Origin: Moniliella sp. 'wahieum'
Taxonomy: Eukaryota
DNA length: 64,000 nt
Reading direction: 5' to 3'
Assembly: GCA_003971905.1 (NCBI GenBank)
Contig: RSEE01000069.1
Coordinates: forward strand, 186,001 to 250,000
Shown here: positions 1-12,710 of the stretch, piece by piece
How positions within the stretch are numbered: the stretch's first letter is position 1
Layout of the letters: the number at the start of each line of letters is the position of its first letter
Program-made: the position numbers and the translations under genes
The notes under the pieces: model-generated
Told to the model about the DNA's origin: nothing
What the model saw: only the letters and a program-made list of their open reading frames with translations
The model's database searches: none

Positions 1-332
1 CACCCTACTTGCATCTTTCCTGAACTGCAGCTAGAATAGAATGATGCGGAGCGAGGGAGAACAAGAAAAGGCAGAAATGGTCACTGCCGTCCGACAGCTC
101 TGCAATTTCTATGCATAAGCTCCACTTCTTTCTCGGACACCCCACCCACACATTGCTCAACATCCGCTATCGTGTGGCAATCACAGGAGAGATATACTAT
201 CCGCATCAAGATTTTCCGTAATACCCCTTCACTCCAGGCAGATGTTTCCACACCATCATCACCTTCGTTGCCTCACCGCCACCACACACACATTGTTCCC
301 TGTCACGCCACTCCTTCAACCGGTTCCATTCA

Positions 333-1732
333 ATGAACGCCACGGACCTCTTCGTTCCTGCACCAGAGGGTGTTGTAGTTCATCTACCACCTTTGCTAAC
401 CAAGGAAGAGTTTCATTCCCTTATGTACCGCGGCATGTATTTCGCCGCAACGTTGACCCTCTGGGCGTGGGAGTAAGTCATATCCCTACATCATGCCCAC
501 ATGTGCTCTTCCATCTCTCTGATGGAGCTTCACTGTGAATGCTAACCCCTCACACCTCACATTTTTGCACCTCAAAGCATGATTTTAACCCTCGGGGCGG
601 AGTTGGAGATGTATCGCAAGCGAGGCTGGAATTGGCAGGTCACACCTCCGTTCCTCATGGTGCGTTACCTCACCCCCGTGTCGATCGTATTGTACATCAT
701 TGTAGTACGACAGGAAAGTTGGACGACGCGCAGTTGCTTCCTCACTGGCCGATTTGGGCTCTACTTGAGCACGGTTGTCACATCTGCCGCCACTGCTCTG
801 TTTGGGCTGCGTACCTGCATCATGTGGCACCGTCGACACGTTGTTCTCCTTCTCGTTCTCTTCCTTGGGTCACCCAGATTGTTGTGAACTTTGTTGTGGC
901 CAACTGGGTCCGCCCATTTGCAACTCTCAATGGCTTTTGCGTTTTCCACATGTCGCAGCACCATGCTGTTTATTGGTACGCTCTCCTCTATGCTTTGCAT
1001 CCGCTCACGCGATATGCTAACTATCGCATTTGCCAGGGTCTTTTTCTGGTCAACATGGGCGTTGATGCCATCCTGATTGTGCTTGCTACCTGCGCTCTCG
1101 TATTCGACCTGAATGCTCGTAAAGTTGTCTTCATTGGCCCCAAGCTCCACCGGGCACAAATGCGATTGATGCAAGAAGGATTATTTACTACGTCTGCGCC
1201 TTGCTCGTCAATCTACTCAACCTGATCTTTTACCTCCTCCCTTCTCTCAGTGCTTGGGCCGACATCAACACCACCCTCGCCACCGCCTTGACCTCCGTCT
1301 GTGCCACCCGCCTGGTTCTGCACAAAATCACAGTCGACAGCGACTGGCGCCACTTGTTCGGTCGGTGGCAACAGCAGCCGCTCTGACCCCCCCATCGCAC
1401 CACCCCCTCGCCCCTCTTCTTCCTACGCTCTCAGAGAAAAGGCGGATGATACCTTCCTTCCTCTGCCTGTCCTCTCGCCCCCTCCTGCCACAGCCCCGGT
1501 CTCTACTGTCCCAGTGCCCGCCTCCGCCCCCATCGCTTACACGCTCGAGACCCGTGTCCTCCATACCGCCGGCGAATCACCGCCACCCTCGAAACAGAGG
1601 ACGCAACCTGGTTGTCAAAAGGTTACGTCCCGGCCTTGGACACGCTCGACCCTTCCTTCCCCCCAGCTCCCACTCTTTCCCAGGCTGAGCCGGCGTTCGC
1701 TTCCTCCGCTCTGCCCCTCTAGGATGGTATAA
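333..1732 (+). CDS. DUF6533-like fungal multi-pass membrane protein (frameshifted; 3' end approximate)
   Basis: ATG at 333. Intron 473-577 (GTAAGT..GCTAAC..AAG) restores LWAWD-MILTLGAELEMY, matching the family's (Y/W)D-x-L-T-L-x-x-E motif. It is followed by FLMVRY, LRTCIMW, several hydrophobic helices and a Pro/Ser-rich tail. Confidence 0.7.
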
Positions 1733-2365
1733 GACATCAATTGTATGAATCCCCCTTCCCCCTTTATTTTGTTGGGGAGAGTTTTTGTTCCACATCTCTT
1801 ACCTTGTCACTGGCCGTTGTCTTCATGTCCTGTCCTTTCCTTTCACCAATGTTTGGCAGCACCCAACACCACGGGTTGTATGTACTTTCCCCCCCTTTTG
1901 TCTTCTATGAATCCGAATTAAGCCTTCCTACTAGCTGCCAACATCCACAGCTCGGCAAGCTTCTCGCTTTCACCTTCACATGCATCACTTCTTTCAGCAG
2001 AGCAGTCTGTCGATTCATCACAGAAGCAATGATTGGCCTACAGGAGAGGACAAAAACTGCAAACGATCATTATGAGCAGAAAGCATAATAGAATAGTGGA
2101 GAATGGCGGAAACAACTAAGCAAGCAGACACAAGAGCAAGATGCATGAGACAAAGGCGGTTAGGCCGGGCAATAGCAAGAGGGTCATAGAGAGGGGGGGG
2201 CGGGGGAGGGGGATAGTGCAGCAAAAGCAAGGAAAGAGAGGTAGGTGGGGAATACAAATACAAATGCAAAGAAAAAGCTGCAGATGAGGGTAGATGATGG
2301 GATGGGAGGAGGGGAGAAGACATGATAGAAGAGTGATAGATACGAGGCCAGAGCGACGGTACCAC

Positions 2366-5326
2366 TTACCCTCCCCAATCAAAGCTTTCCACATGGATTT
2401 GCACCACGCCGCGCGAATCGCCTCTCCAGACACGGGTGGGATCGGCGGCGCGAGCAGCAGCGATGCGGACGGCGCGAGAACACGGGGGGTCCACAGGCCG
2501 TGACCAAGGTGGGTCCGGTACTGGCGCGCGCAGCGTCAGCCACGACTTGCTCCAAGTTTGGGCGACCGGGGTGGACGAGCTCAGCCAAGACCTGAGCATC
2601 GGTTTCCTCTTCTTTGCTCAGGGGTAACTCAGAGATAAAGGGGTGCAGGGGCGCGTTTCCACCACCTTCGTACACTGCCCTCTGGCCTCCCGGGCGGGAG
2701 AGAAACGCGGGGGAAGCATGGTAGGTGTATCGGTTCCAGCTTCATCGTGCTTGTATTTGTCTTTGTCCTTATCCTTGTCCTTGTCTGGGTCCTGGACCTC
2801 CCCGACGTGTCGCTTGGCCCGCTTGATGGTCACTTTGCGGGTGCGCGCTCCGTAACTTGCCCTCTGAGTACAAAGCTTGGTTCAGTCCTACATCTACTTG
2901 GTCCGGTCTTGCATCTTCCCCATCAAAGTCGGTCAGGTCAATCTCGGACGTTGTGGCGCGAGCGGCGGAATCGAGTGGCGGGGGGAGAGGGAGCGAAACG
3001 TTGAGTGACCAGGTCGATCTCGAGTTCGACGTCAGGTGGAGCGAACGAGGAGGCAGGAGTGCCATCGGTGTACCCGGCCCCAGAGGTAGCATCCTCTCCT
3101 TGCTCATCCCCGTCACGTACAGATCAACTTTGAGCAGGTTGGGCGGAAGTGCCTCGATGCATCGCCGCAGCGGGGTCGCAGCCCAGAGGAGGTGGGCCAG
3201 GTCACGCATGATCCAGACAAAGTGTACCTGGTTCGTCTTCCATTCGTGCTTGCGTGCCGCACCAACGGGAAGGGCAGGCACACCAAGCAATGCCGCCGCT
3301 GCCCTGGCGGCGGGAAGCGTACTTCCTCCAGTTTGGGCCGCCAGTGGGGTCTGAACCGTCTTGAGCATGCCACACAGAGGTACTGCAGGGCCGCCACGCC
3401 GTATGCCACACCGCTCCCGGCACAGACGACGACGGTGGTATGGTGGGCACCCCAATCGACACGCGGGGAGCCGAACGGCCCATCGACCAGAGCGCGGAGG
3501 TGGGTTCCAACGATTGTCTTGGGGACGAGGTTGTACAACGAGCGGGTAAAGCCTTGGCGGGCACGAATAAGGAGGACGAGGGTCAAGCCGTCTTGGTAAG
3601 CAACCGATACTGGCTCCACTGGCTTCGCGCGGGCGCGAACGATGCACTCTCCACGGCCGAAGCGATGGTAAATGGATGGAACTGCAGCCGGCTCACCTCG
3701 GGGATGCAGAGGGACAACCACTGTCCTGGGTACCAAGGAAACGGGCGGAGCAGACGCAGCGTAACCCGAACGGTTTGTCCTGGCAAAGCCTGCACATAGG
3801 CCCATCCCGGTTGCAGCTCCGCAGCGATTGACGGGGGGTAGGGAGGATGCGTGCCGCAGCATTGGCACCAAAGACGGCGGGGGGTATCGCCTCTGTCGAA
3901 CCTGGATCCTGCAGCCGGAGGCCCTCGGGAACCGGCTGTTGGGAACTCGTCTGCCCGTACGATGAGATCAGGGCATCAATCTCCTCATACTCCTTATCTT
4001 TGCGCACGGTTGTGAGGGAGCGGCCGGGCGGTGCTTGCGGATCGGGAGTGGGAATAGGAAGCAGGGTTCGGACACTGGCGGGCCCGACTGATGGCAGCGA
4101 TGGAGAGGAAACGTTTTCCCTCAGATTATACTGGGTTTGGGGCGGCTCCAGAGACGAGGTCGGTCTGGGTGATGTGAGCCGAGGAACGGGGTTCATAGGA
4201 TAGGCTTCAGTTGGTATGGGGAGTTTCGTTTCTTCTTCTTGCACGGGAGTGTAGGCGGAAACATGGAAGAGTGCGTTGACCCAGATGCTCTTGACGGCGC
4301 GAAGGACGCGTTCGGCCACCCACCAGAGCAATGCGGCCCAGAGCCAGGGCGCCAGGGGCGGGTGGTGCAAGGCGCCCGCCACCAGAAACCCAACAATGCA
4401 TACCACATGAGAAATGTAGAAGAACTCATACGCCCTTCTCCTGACAATCGGGAGGAGAGCAAGACCAAAAGAGTGAGAAAGATGTAGGAAACGATAGCCC
4501 AGCGGAAGCGAGTCCAGACCAGCGCAAAACTGATCACCTTCTTGTCCCCATAACTGTCTTTGCCTGTCTGGACAAGCCAGGGATGGTGTTCCCCGTTCGA
4601 CGGCCCAGAAAGGTAACCAGCATAGGCGTGTAGACCCGCCAGGCGGTCAAACGCGTTCGCTCCAAATATGCGAAGTGACAGGAGAGCAAAGGGCACCTGT
4701 CGCAACGCGAGCAGAACAACAAGAGGGGTGAGGGCATTGGTCAACAGCCCCAACCGCCCACCAACAGTCCACCAGGTGCGGTATCCCAACGCCTGCGTCG
4801 GCGCGTAGTGGTGACGGAAGGATAGCCTCCCTGGGTCCAAGAAATTGCACGAGGGCAGGACCTGTGCCCGGGGGGCGGGCGGCTGGATGTTGGAGGCAGA
4901 GGGAAAGGCTGCGCTCGCATTCCATGCAGATGCATGTGGGTCGGGGTAGTCTGCCCCAATGAGCGTAAGGAGGAGTATAAGCAGGCCGAGGGCGGCGGGG
5001 AGGAAGAGCGAGGCGATGGATGGACGGCGCCAACTGGATGAGCGGGGCGAGGGACAGAGAGGTGTTTACGCCACCACATGGCGAGTGTGGTGAAGGAAAG
5101 ACGGGGGCCGAGGGCGAGGCGGAGGCCCTCACACAGCACACAGGCGGCGATGACGAGCCAAAAGATGTAGGCGTATCGCCATGCGGATGGCGGGAGCTTG
5201 TGTGCGTCAAGATAGAGGGCGATGTAGTGGTGGTATCGTAGGCTGTGGTGGTGGTGGCGGCGGCGGCGCTTCCGCTGCTGCTGGCAGCGCCCCGGCCGTC
5301 CCGGCCAGCCGGGCGGGGGCAGACAT
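2366..5326 (-). CDS. Ferric reductase-like transmembrane flavocytochrome (FRE/NOX superfamily), frameshifted
   Basis: Motifs in order across frames: TM segments with His, HPFTIAS (FAD), LVDGPFG, VVVCAGSGVAYG (NADPH), HFVWIMR, GRPNL..VTACGP, C-terminal HVESFDWGG*. The start Met is tentative. Confidence 0.85.
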
Positions 5327-5594
5327 GAGAGGAAGAGAGGAGTGGCGGAGAGAAAGAGAAAGAGGGTAGGGGCGCTGGGGTGGTGGTGGGATGGGGAAGA
5401 AAAGAAATGGCTGGTACTTTACCGCTAGGACTGGCAAGCGCAAACTGCCAAGTCTTGGCGTTGTTCCAAGTGGAAGCGCCGCAGGGGGGCAGTGGACCAG
5501 CTGCAATGAAGCCAATTGCAAGCGAGCGTTTATCCGATCCCAGGTCACCGATCATCTCGCTTCCAACTCCACTCCCGCCCCCTCCCTCCTCCGC

Positions 5595-5665
5595 CCCCCC
5601 GCTCCGCTCCACTCTCCACTCCACTCTCCACTCCACTCTCCCTCCACTATACTCCACTCCACTCC
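5595..5665. repeat. Degenerate (CTCCA)n pyrimidine-rich tract
   Basis: ctccactctccactccactctccactccactctc... Confidence 0.7.
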
Positions 5666-6864
5666 CTCGGTTCCACACTGCTCCCCCCTCCTCAGGCAGC
5701 CAGCGCCGATGCGCGCTGATGCACTGACTTGAGGAGCGTATTGATTGCCCAGCCTGTCCTCCCCCGCCTGATCAGATGCATCTGCATCAGATAGCTCCGT
5801 GTCGGCAGGGCATGTCCAGCGTTGGCGGTGGTAGGCCCTTGCCTGTACTGCCCGACAACATTGGTACCAGGCCCTGCTATGCCTCCAAGCCATCCATCGA
5901 CTTCCACTATCCACCGGCAGTATCAGACGCGCCACGTCCGATTTTCGGCAGCACCCTGAGCGCCTGAGCCTCAGTGCCTCAGCAAAGCCCTCAGCAAAAA
6001 CTATTAGGCCTTAGGACAACACCCTTCTTGGCCCTTCTCCTCTCTCGCATCCCACGCGTCACGATCGATGATCTCCTATCTCAATCATGCATCGGCCAGC
6101 ATCATGCTCATTATCATGCATCAACGATCATCGCACACCTCGCTCCGATCGCAGATCCCCTTGGCACGCGGTCCCATCTGGTACGACAGGCACCACCCAC
6201 ATCCCTGAATTGAATCTTGCCAGTCTCAATATCACTTACCTCCCACCTCCGGCCTCCACCCATATCTCGAGGACCGAGGACCGGCGATGCCATCCACCTT
6301 CTCCTGTTCTCCTGCTCAAGCGTGGCCAACTGGCGTCCAACTCAGAAGGTCCCGGCAGGCTGCTTATGCAAGAGCAATACTAGGGACCGCCGTGTTGGTC
6401 GCGGAGAGACAGAAGGGAGGAGAGCGGAAAAGGAGCACAAAGGCAAACGAAGCCACGTGGCCAAGGCAGTGGCCTAGTGCCAGTGTCACAGGGAGTCTGT
6501 CTGGGAAACTATCTGACTAGGTCACAAGAATATCACCCCAGGCGCGCCACACGCGCTGCAACAGCAAAAGGCAGCAAGTTCGTAGCCGGTTATGAAAACC
6601 AGCTATTAATCAGTAACTAGTTACTATAGTCCGCGTAACGCCTTAGTAACTAGTAACAAATAGCCGCAACCGCGTAACCGGTAACCCTCAGTTACCGGGT
6701 ACAACACTTTCGGTGCCCCCGGGGTTACCGGTTACCGGCTACCATGTAATCCATGCATCCGGGGGGGGTCTGCTCACGGTCACATGTAGGTTACCGGTTG
6801 CACGCTACATGCTACAGAGACTCCGCGCTCGCGCGCATTGCGTTCCATTAATAATTGACTCCGA

Positions 6865-6908
6865 GTACTGAGGTACTGAGGTACTGAGGTACTGAGGTAC
6901 TGAGGTAC
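6865..6908. repeat. (GTACTGAG) x5.5 tandem repeat
   Basis: Perfect 8-bp unit read directly. Confidence 0.95.
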
Positions 6909-7650
6909 CAAGGACAGGTGTACAAGGGAACCGATTACATTGAGGACCTCAGGCCTCAGGGCCTCAGGCCCACTCGGCGGCGGCCATATCCTGTTACATG
7001 TCTCCCTCTTCGGTACCAGGGTACCTCAAAACCGTCCGAATCTGAGTGTGATGCGGCACTTGGACCAGAATCCACACCCAAACCATTTCTCAGAGAGCAA
7101 CTCACCTGCCGCCTCGTCCCTATCACCCATTACGTCACTCGTCCGCACCACTCACACCGGACTAATAGAGGCCTAAGGCCCAACAAGGTTAGGCCTATAA
7201 GGCCTAAGGCCTAGGCCGAAAACTCCTAATAACACCCATCCATTCTCGGCTCGCAACCGTCCGACGCCCGTGGGGATCGCCCACTGGCAGCAGAGGCTTC
7301 CCACACGCGCGCCCTCCTACTCGTGATGTGCAACTCCTCCTTCGCCCAGATCACATAGACACCCCAGTCGAAAACTCTCTTTTGTTAGTTCTCGGCCCTT
7401 TTGGCGGTCCGAAGCCCGCGGGAAACCCCCGAGAGTATATGCTGCACATGCTCCCCACCGTCCTATTTGTGATGCAACTTCCTCCTCCGCTCATCTCATT
7501 AATAGACGCCAGTCGGCCGGGTGGCCTATCCCTCCCTTCCACCATTACCTTCTGCACCTTCCTCCCCCTCGTTTTCGTGCCCACATCAGTTGTGGTGTCC
7601 CAACAGCAATGGTGTTTGACAGGCACACCCAAGAGAGGCAGAGATCCTCG

Positions 7651-9500
7651 ATGAACGTCTCTGATCAGGATGAAGACTCCAAAGACTTGTCGGGATCCGA
7701 GCCCACCCACATTCCTGCCTCCCTCACCGTCGACGCTGAAAAGAGTCTCGTTGTGCGATCCGAGCCCGACCTACCCTCCAGCGGCAACAATAATGATGAG
7801 GACGCGAATACCTTTATTGTTGGATGGGAAGGCGAAGACGACCCTGCCAATCCCAAGAACTGGACCCGTACTTATCGATGGTACATCACCATTTTGTCTG
7901 GCTTCCTGGTTCTCAACTCTACCTTCACCTCTTCCGCGCCTAGTGGTACGGTGCCATTCGCAATGAAGCGGTTTGGATTTGGTCGCGAGGTTGCCACCTT
8001 GACCATCTCCATATTTATCTGGTACGCCCGTGATGCATTCCTCCCTCCTTCCATACGCCAGCTGGCTGACCAGAGTGTAGTGGCTACGTCCTTGGGCCCC
8101 TCCTGTGGGGTCCCATGAGTGAGCGGGTAGGGCGGTACCCTACCTTTATGATCGCTTTGACCGGATATGTCGCTTTCAATCTCGGCTGTGCTCTGGCACC
8201 CAACACGGGAGCCCTTCTCGCGTTCCGTTTCCTAGCAGGCACATTTGCTTCCTCTCCCTTGACCAACGCAGGTGGTCTCATCGCCGACATTTGGGATGCT
8301 AAAACCTTGGGAACAGCGGTATCGCTTTTTCCCTCGCTCCATTTGCCGGTATGTTGTGTTTCCATGTTCTTCTCGTCCAGTTTCTTTTCCGCGGACTGTG
8401 TTCCTAACTTAGTTTGACAGGGCCTGCTCTGGGTCCGATGGTGTCTGGGGCCATTGCGGTGAGCAACGTGGATTTCCGGTGGACGTACTGGGTGTGCTTT
8501 TCTTTTCCTGCGTCTGCTGGATCGCTACCGCATTGACCATCAAGGAGACTTATGCCCCCATCATCCTTGCCCGCAAGGCCAAGCGCATTCGCAAAGAAAC
8601 CGGCGACGAGCGGTACCAAGCGCCGATCGAGATGGTCAAACTCAATTTTGGTGAGCTAATGAAGGCCACCTTGCTCAAGCCTTTCATTATGCTGTTTAAG
8701 GAACCTATGCTGATGGCCGTGACGATCTACCTTAGGTACGTCCCACCCTTGTTGTCCTCCCCTCCCCTTTTCTCTCTTGTTTTGTTCCTGCTCCTCCTTA
8801 CTCAATGCTGACCTGGGATGCGTACAGCTTTGTGTATGGCGTTCTCTATCTCTTCGAGGCAGTCCCGATTGAGTTTGAGACGCCCAAACCGAAGGGTCAT
8901 GGCTTCAACAGTCTCATTGGTGGACTCATGTTCCTCCCTCTTGGGTTGTGTGTTGGGAGTGGTCTTGTATGTGTTGATCGAGAACCCACGGTACGTGCGT
9001 CGGGTCAAGGCCTCGCCCAATGGCAGGGTGCCTCCCGAAGAACGGCTCGTGGTTGGTATGATCGGCGGTGCCACCTTTTTCATATCTTTCTTCTGGTACG
9101 CCTTTGCTCTCCATCTACTGCTACTCTTCTAGGCACTAACTATCAGGACTCTCCATCTAGGTTTGGGTTCACTTCCTACCCTTCCATCTCATTCTGGAGC
9201 CCGATGCTCTCGCTGTTCCTCTTGGGACTGAGCATTCTCTTCCTCTTCCTCAGTATGCTGAGTTACCTGGTAGAATCCTACCTTTTTGCTGCTGCGTCCG
9301 CTTTGGCGGCCAACACAGTGGTCCGCTCCGCCGCTGGCGCCGGAATGCCTCTCTTTGCCACCCAGATGTTCGAAGCGATGAACGTCCGATTTGCTAGCCT
9401 GTTGCTCGGCTGCATTTCCGTCGCCCTGGCACCCATCCCGGTTGTCTTGTGGAAATATGGCGCGGTCCTTCGCGCACGATCCTCCTATGCCCATGGGTAA
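7651..9500 (+). CDS. MFS drug:H+ antiporter (DHA1 family, TPO/FLR-like)
   Basis: VGWEGEDDPANPKNW, GPMSERVGRYP, FRFLAG, KETYAPIILARKAKRIRKETG, PPEERL, YLVESY..AASALAANTVVRS. Several short introns. Confidence 0.92.
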
Positions 9501-12500
9501 CTTCTCACTCCCCTTCACCTTCACTTTCCGCCGTGCGTGCGGTTGCGCGTGTGCTCTTCCATGCTCTCATCCGATTGGAGTAAGCTGTTGGGCCGGGGGC
9601 AGACGGAGCCTCGCCGCTCGCACCATCCTATATTTCCTGCAAGTACGAGGCTCGCTTTCATTTTCAAAGTCATTGATGGTTTCACTCCTTCCCTCTATGT
9701 CCCCTTTCGGAGTCTCGTACGTTCTTACCGTGCTTCCTTCCCCATCGCCTCATCGTCCTCAGGGTCCCACATGGGGCGCGTGGCGGGGCGTCGGTACCGT
9801 GATGGGTTTCTTTAATTTCGGTTGTTACTTCGTCCCTCTCTCTTCGCCTTTCACAACTCTCGAGATAAGTTATTATGGTATTATGGTACCTTCTTCCTAC
9901 AAGGCGATTATATATATAGCACACTTCATTTGTCACTCAACTTTGGGGAGGAAAGAGATGGAGGGCCGATCGCACCCACAGAGCCTCTCCCGCTCTGGAG
10001 AATGAGAAATGTCACAGTGATGAGACAAATTTGTACCTGAGGGACTACTGGTACTAGAAAGTCTCTCGTCGTTTCTTTTACAGCCGTAACTGTGGTGTCA
10101 ATCGCCTCCTCTCAGCGGGCCCTGCTATTATATTATAGACTGTAAGATGAACTGAGTAGAGTAAAAAGAGCTATAACGCTTTCTTGCTTTCTCGCCCAGC
10201 GGTATACGCTTCCATCATGTACAGCATGCACATGCGAGATGCGTACCGAAACAATGATGAATGGTAAAAAAATTGCCATCGCCCTGCTTCAAAGGGTAGT
10301 GACGTCCAACAGAGATGGGGTGGTATAATGTGGGACGTGTGAGCACAGGCGCTGGGTATGAGGCGGAAGAGCGGTATTGACAAAAATGAGGCAAAGGGAA
10401 AAGTGACGAGGAATCCAATGGGTGTGGGTGCGAAGACGGATATACGGATACGGATGCACGGATACAGATATATGGATGTGGGTGTGAGGAGCAAAAGAGG
10501 ATGGGTCGTACAGACCATTGTTACGGTTCGTTACACCGTACCCCCACGAGGGAGTGGTGGCAAGACGTGCACTCGCTCAGTTTGACAATAATGTTGTTGC
10601 AAAAGGGGCAACGGACGTATGGCCCGAGAGCCAGGTCGACTTCAAGGCAGGCGTGGCTACACGTTAGCGTTCCGTCTGGGGAGGGAATAGGGGGGTGGAG
10701 TGGGAGGGAAGGGCGTACAGAGTGGTCCGGGAAGGATGGGCATGAAGGTGTAAGGTCTGAAGTCGGTGGCGGTAGTGGAAGTGGGGACAGTGGCCGTTCG
10801 TCTTTTAACTTCCCCCCACTCTAACCCTTTTGCACCTGATATACAGGGGCGTATACCCTAACACCGAGAGCGCACCAACGTATACATGCGTTACAATTCA
10901 AAAGGTTATACTTGTTCAAGCTCCCCGGGGGGTAACACTAAGGTACCACCACGGTACCTCCTTGCTGTGCTGCGCCAGCCTTGGCGGCAGAGATGACTCA
11001 ATGACGGGGGGTATTGGGGAGCGTATTGTGGCCATACCACCGGCGGACAGAGTGGGCGGAGTCCTTGTAAGGCTGCCTCGCTGCCAGCAGGGTGGGGGGG
11101 GTGGGGTGCAATGGCTGTCACACGTCATGAGGGTGGGCGCAGGGGGAGACGATGCCGTAGAACTTAAGTATGGCATCAGTGCGTCAAACCCCGATAAAAA
11201 CGCCTCCACCTCGCCAAGCTCACATAGCTTTTGCGCACGGGTGGTTTTAGCGTTGCACGTTGGCACGAGGACGAGCGTCAAGCTTCAAGACAGAGCACTT
11301 CCTGTACATATAATGTGTGAGGTCCGAGATCCCTATGGCATCCATCTCAGATCCAAATGGGCGAGACACAGACCGGAATCGAGTTGCGCGCCTGCAATCT
11401 GGGGTTACCGGTTACCGGTTATCTATCTCTGATCGCTCTCTGCCCTTTGATATATACATCCTCTTTTTCTACCCCGCCGCACCGCCACCGCCACCGACGT
11501 CATCAAGATCAAGTCGGTGTTCAATGTCACAGGTGAGTTAGATTTGTCGCGCACGATAGACGCCTTGGGAGCGGCATATAAAGAACCAGTTCATAACGGC
11601 CGGTCACCGGTCACCCTATTACTCCAGGGTAGTGTGGGGACCTGCCTGTCTGTCCCTGATCGGCCCATCGTGCAATTGTCTCTCGGCCAGGGGTCTTTCG
11701 CCGCATTATTCAAACGCGCGTCATATGTTCTTTCTTGGTGGATATATGCTCTCGTGTTGTACGCATCTCCCCACACAGCATCCATATCTCGCCGAATGGC
11801 CTCCATAAGACAACAGAGGCCGATATATGTGGATGGCGTTGAGTACTGAGTCGAGTACTGAACTCAACTGAGTGCCGTGGACATGGGCAAGAGCATGCAC
11901 CTCTCCGCCTGCCTTGCCGCGACGCTCGCGTTGGCATAATATGCACAGGTGTGGTTCATAATATCAGCGCAGCCATCACCATGCGCCTGGTCACACATCC
12001 TCCTCGCTGGTCTATTCATTCGGCTTTCTCCTTGATGTTCTGTTGCCCCTTTCAGTTGGGGCGTTACGCGTCACGGGCTTCTCTGTTAAACTTAAAATGG
12101 TACTACCGTCATCGCTCTCCTCTCCTTCCTCTGCTCGATGCGATACCATAATCCACATTTGCTTTACCGGTTAATACGGATTACCGATATCCGATTGCTA
12201 TGCTCATTAATCATTGGAGTTACCGGTAAGGTTATACCCCTGTCCGCAGGGTATAGAAATAGGGATTGACCTTGTTGATACGCAATAGAGATGTGTCCAG
12301 CGAGGACAACAATACATATGACCTAAACTCTGACGTAAAAGCTGAGACGTCTTAGAGACCCCTGAGGCTGAGGCCTGACTGTTAAAGTACAGTTCCCTCT
12401 CTCTCCTTTGGCCCGTACGTCTGTACCAAATACTAGTAGGTCTTATCAATATACCAATCCCGATTTAACCCCTGCCTGCAGCCATCTATGATCGATCGCC

Positions 12501-12710
12501 TGATCGATCGGATCGATCATGGACATCACGATGCCTGGCTCCCCCGGGCTCCCCCGTAATTGGATCTTGAGACAGTATACGATGCATACGATGGCGCACA
12601 CGTTTTGACCAAGTTTTGTGTGACATGTGACATGTGACCTCCAAAAATATATAGCACACAGTCCCTAGTCCCGCAAAATATAAGAACGGAGACAGTAGGA
12701 AGGGGCGGGG

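Noticed and set aside
9600..12700. Protein-coding gene or ncRNA between the MFS gene and the coiled-coil gene
   Set aside because: Only short ORFs without recognisable motifs, and no snRNA, snoRNA or telomerase template could be supported by eye.
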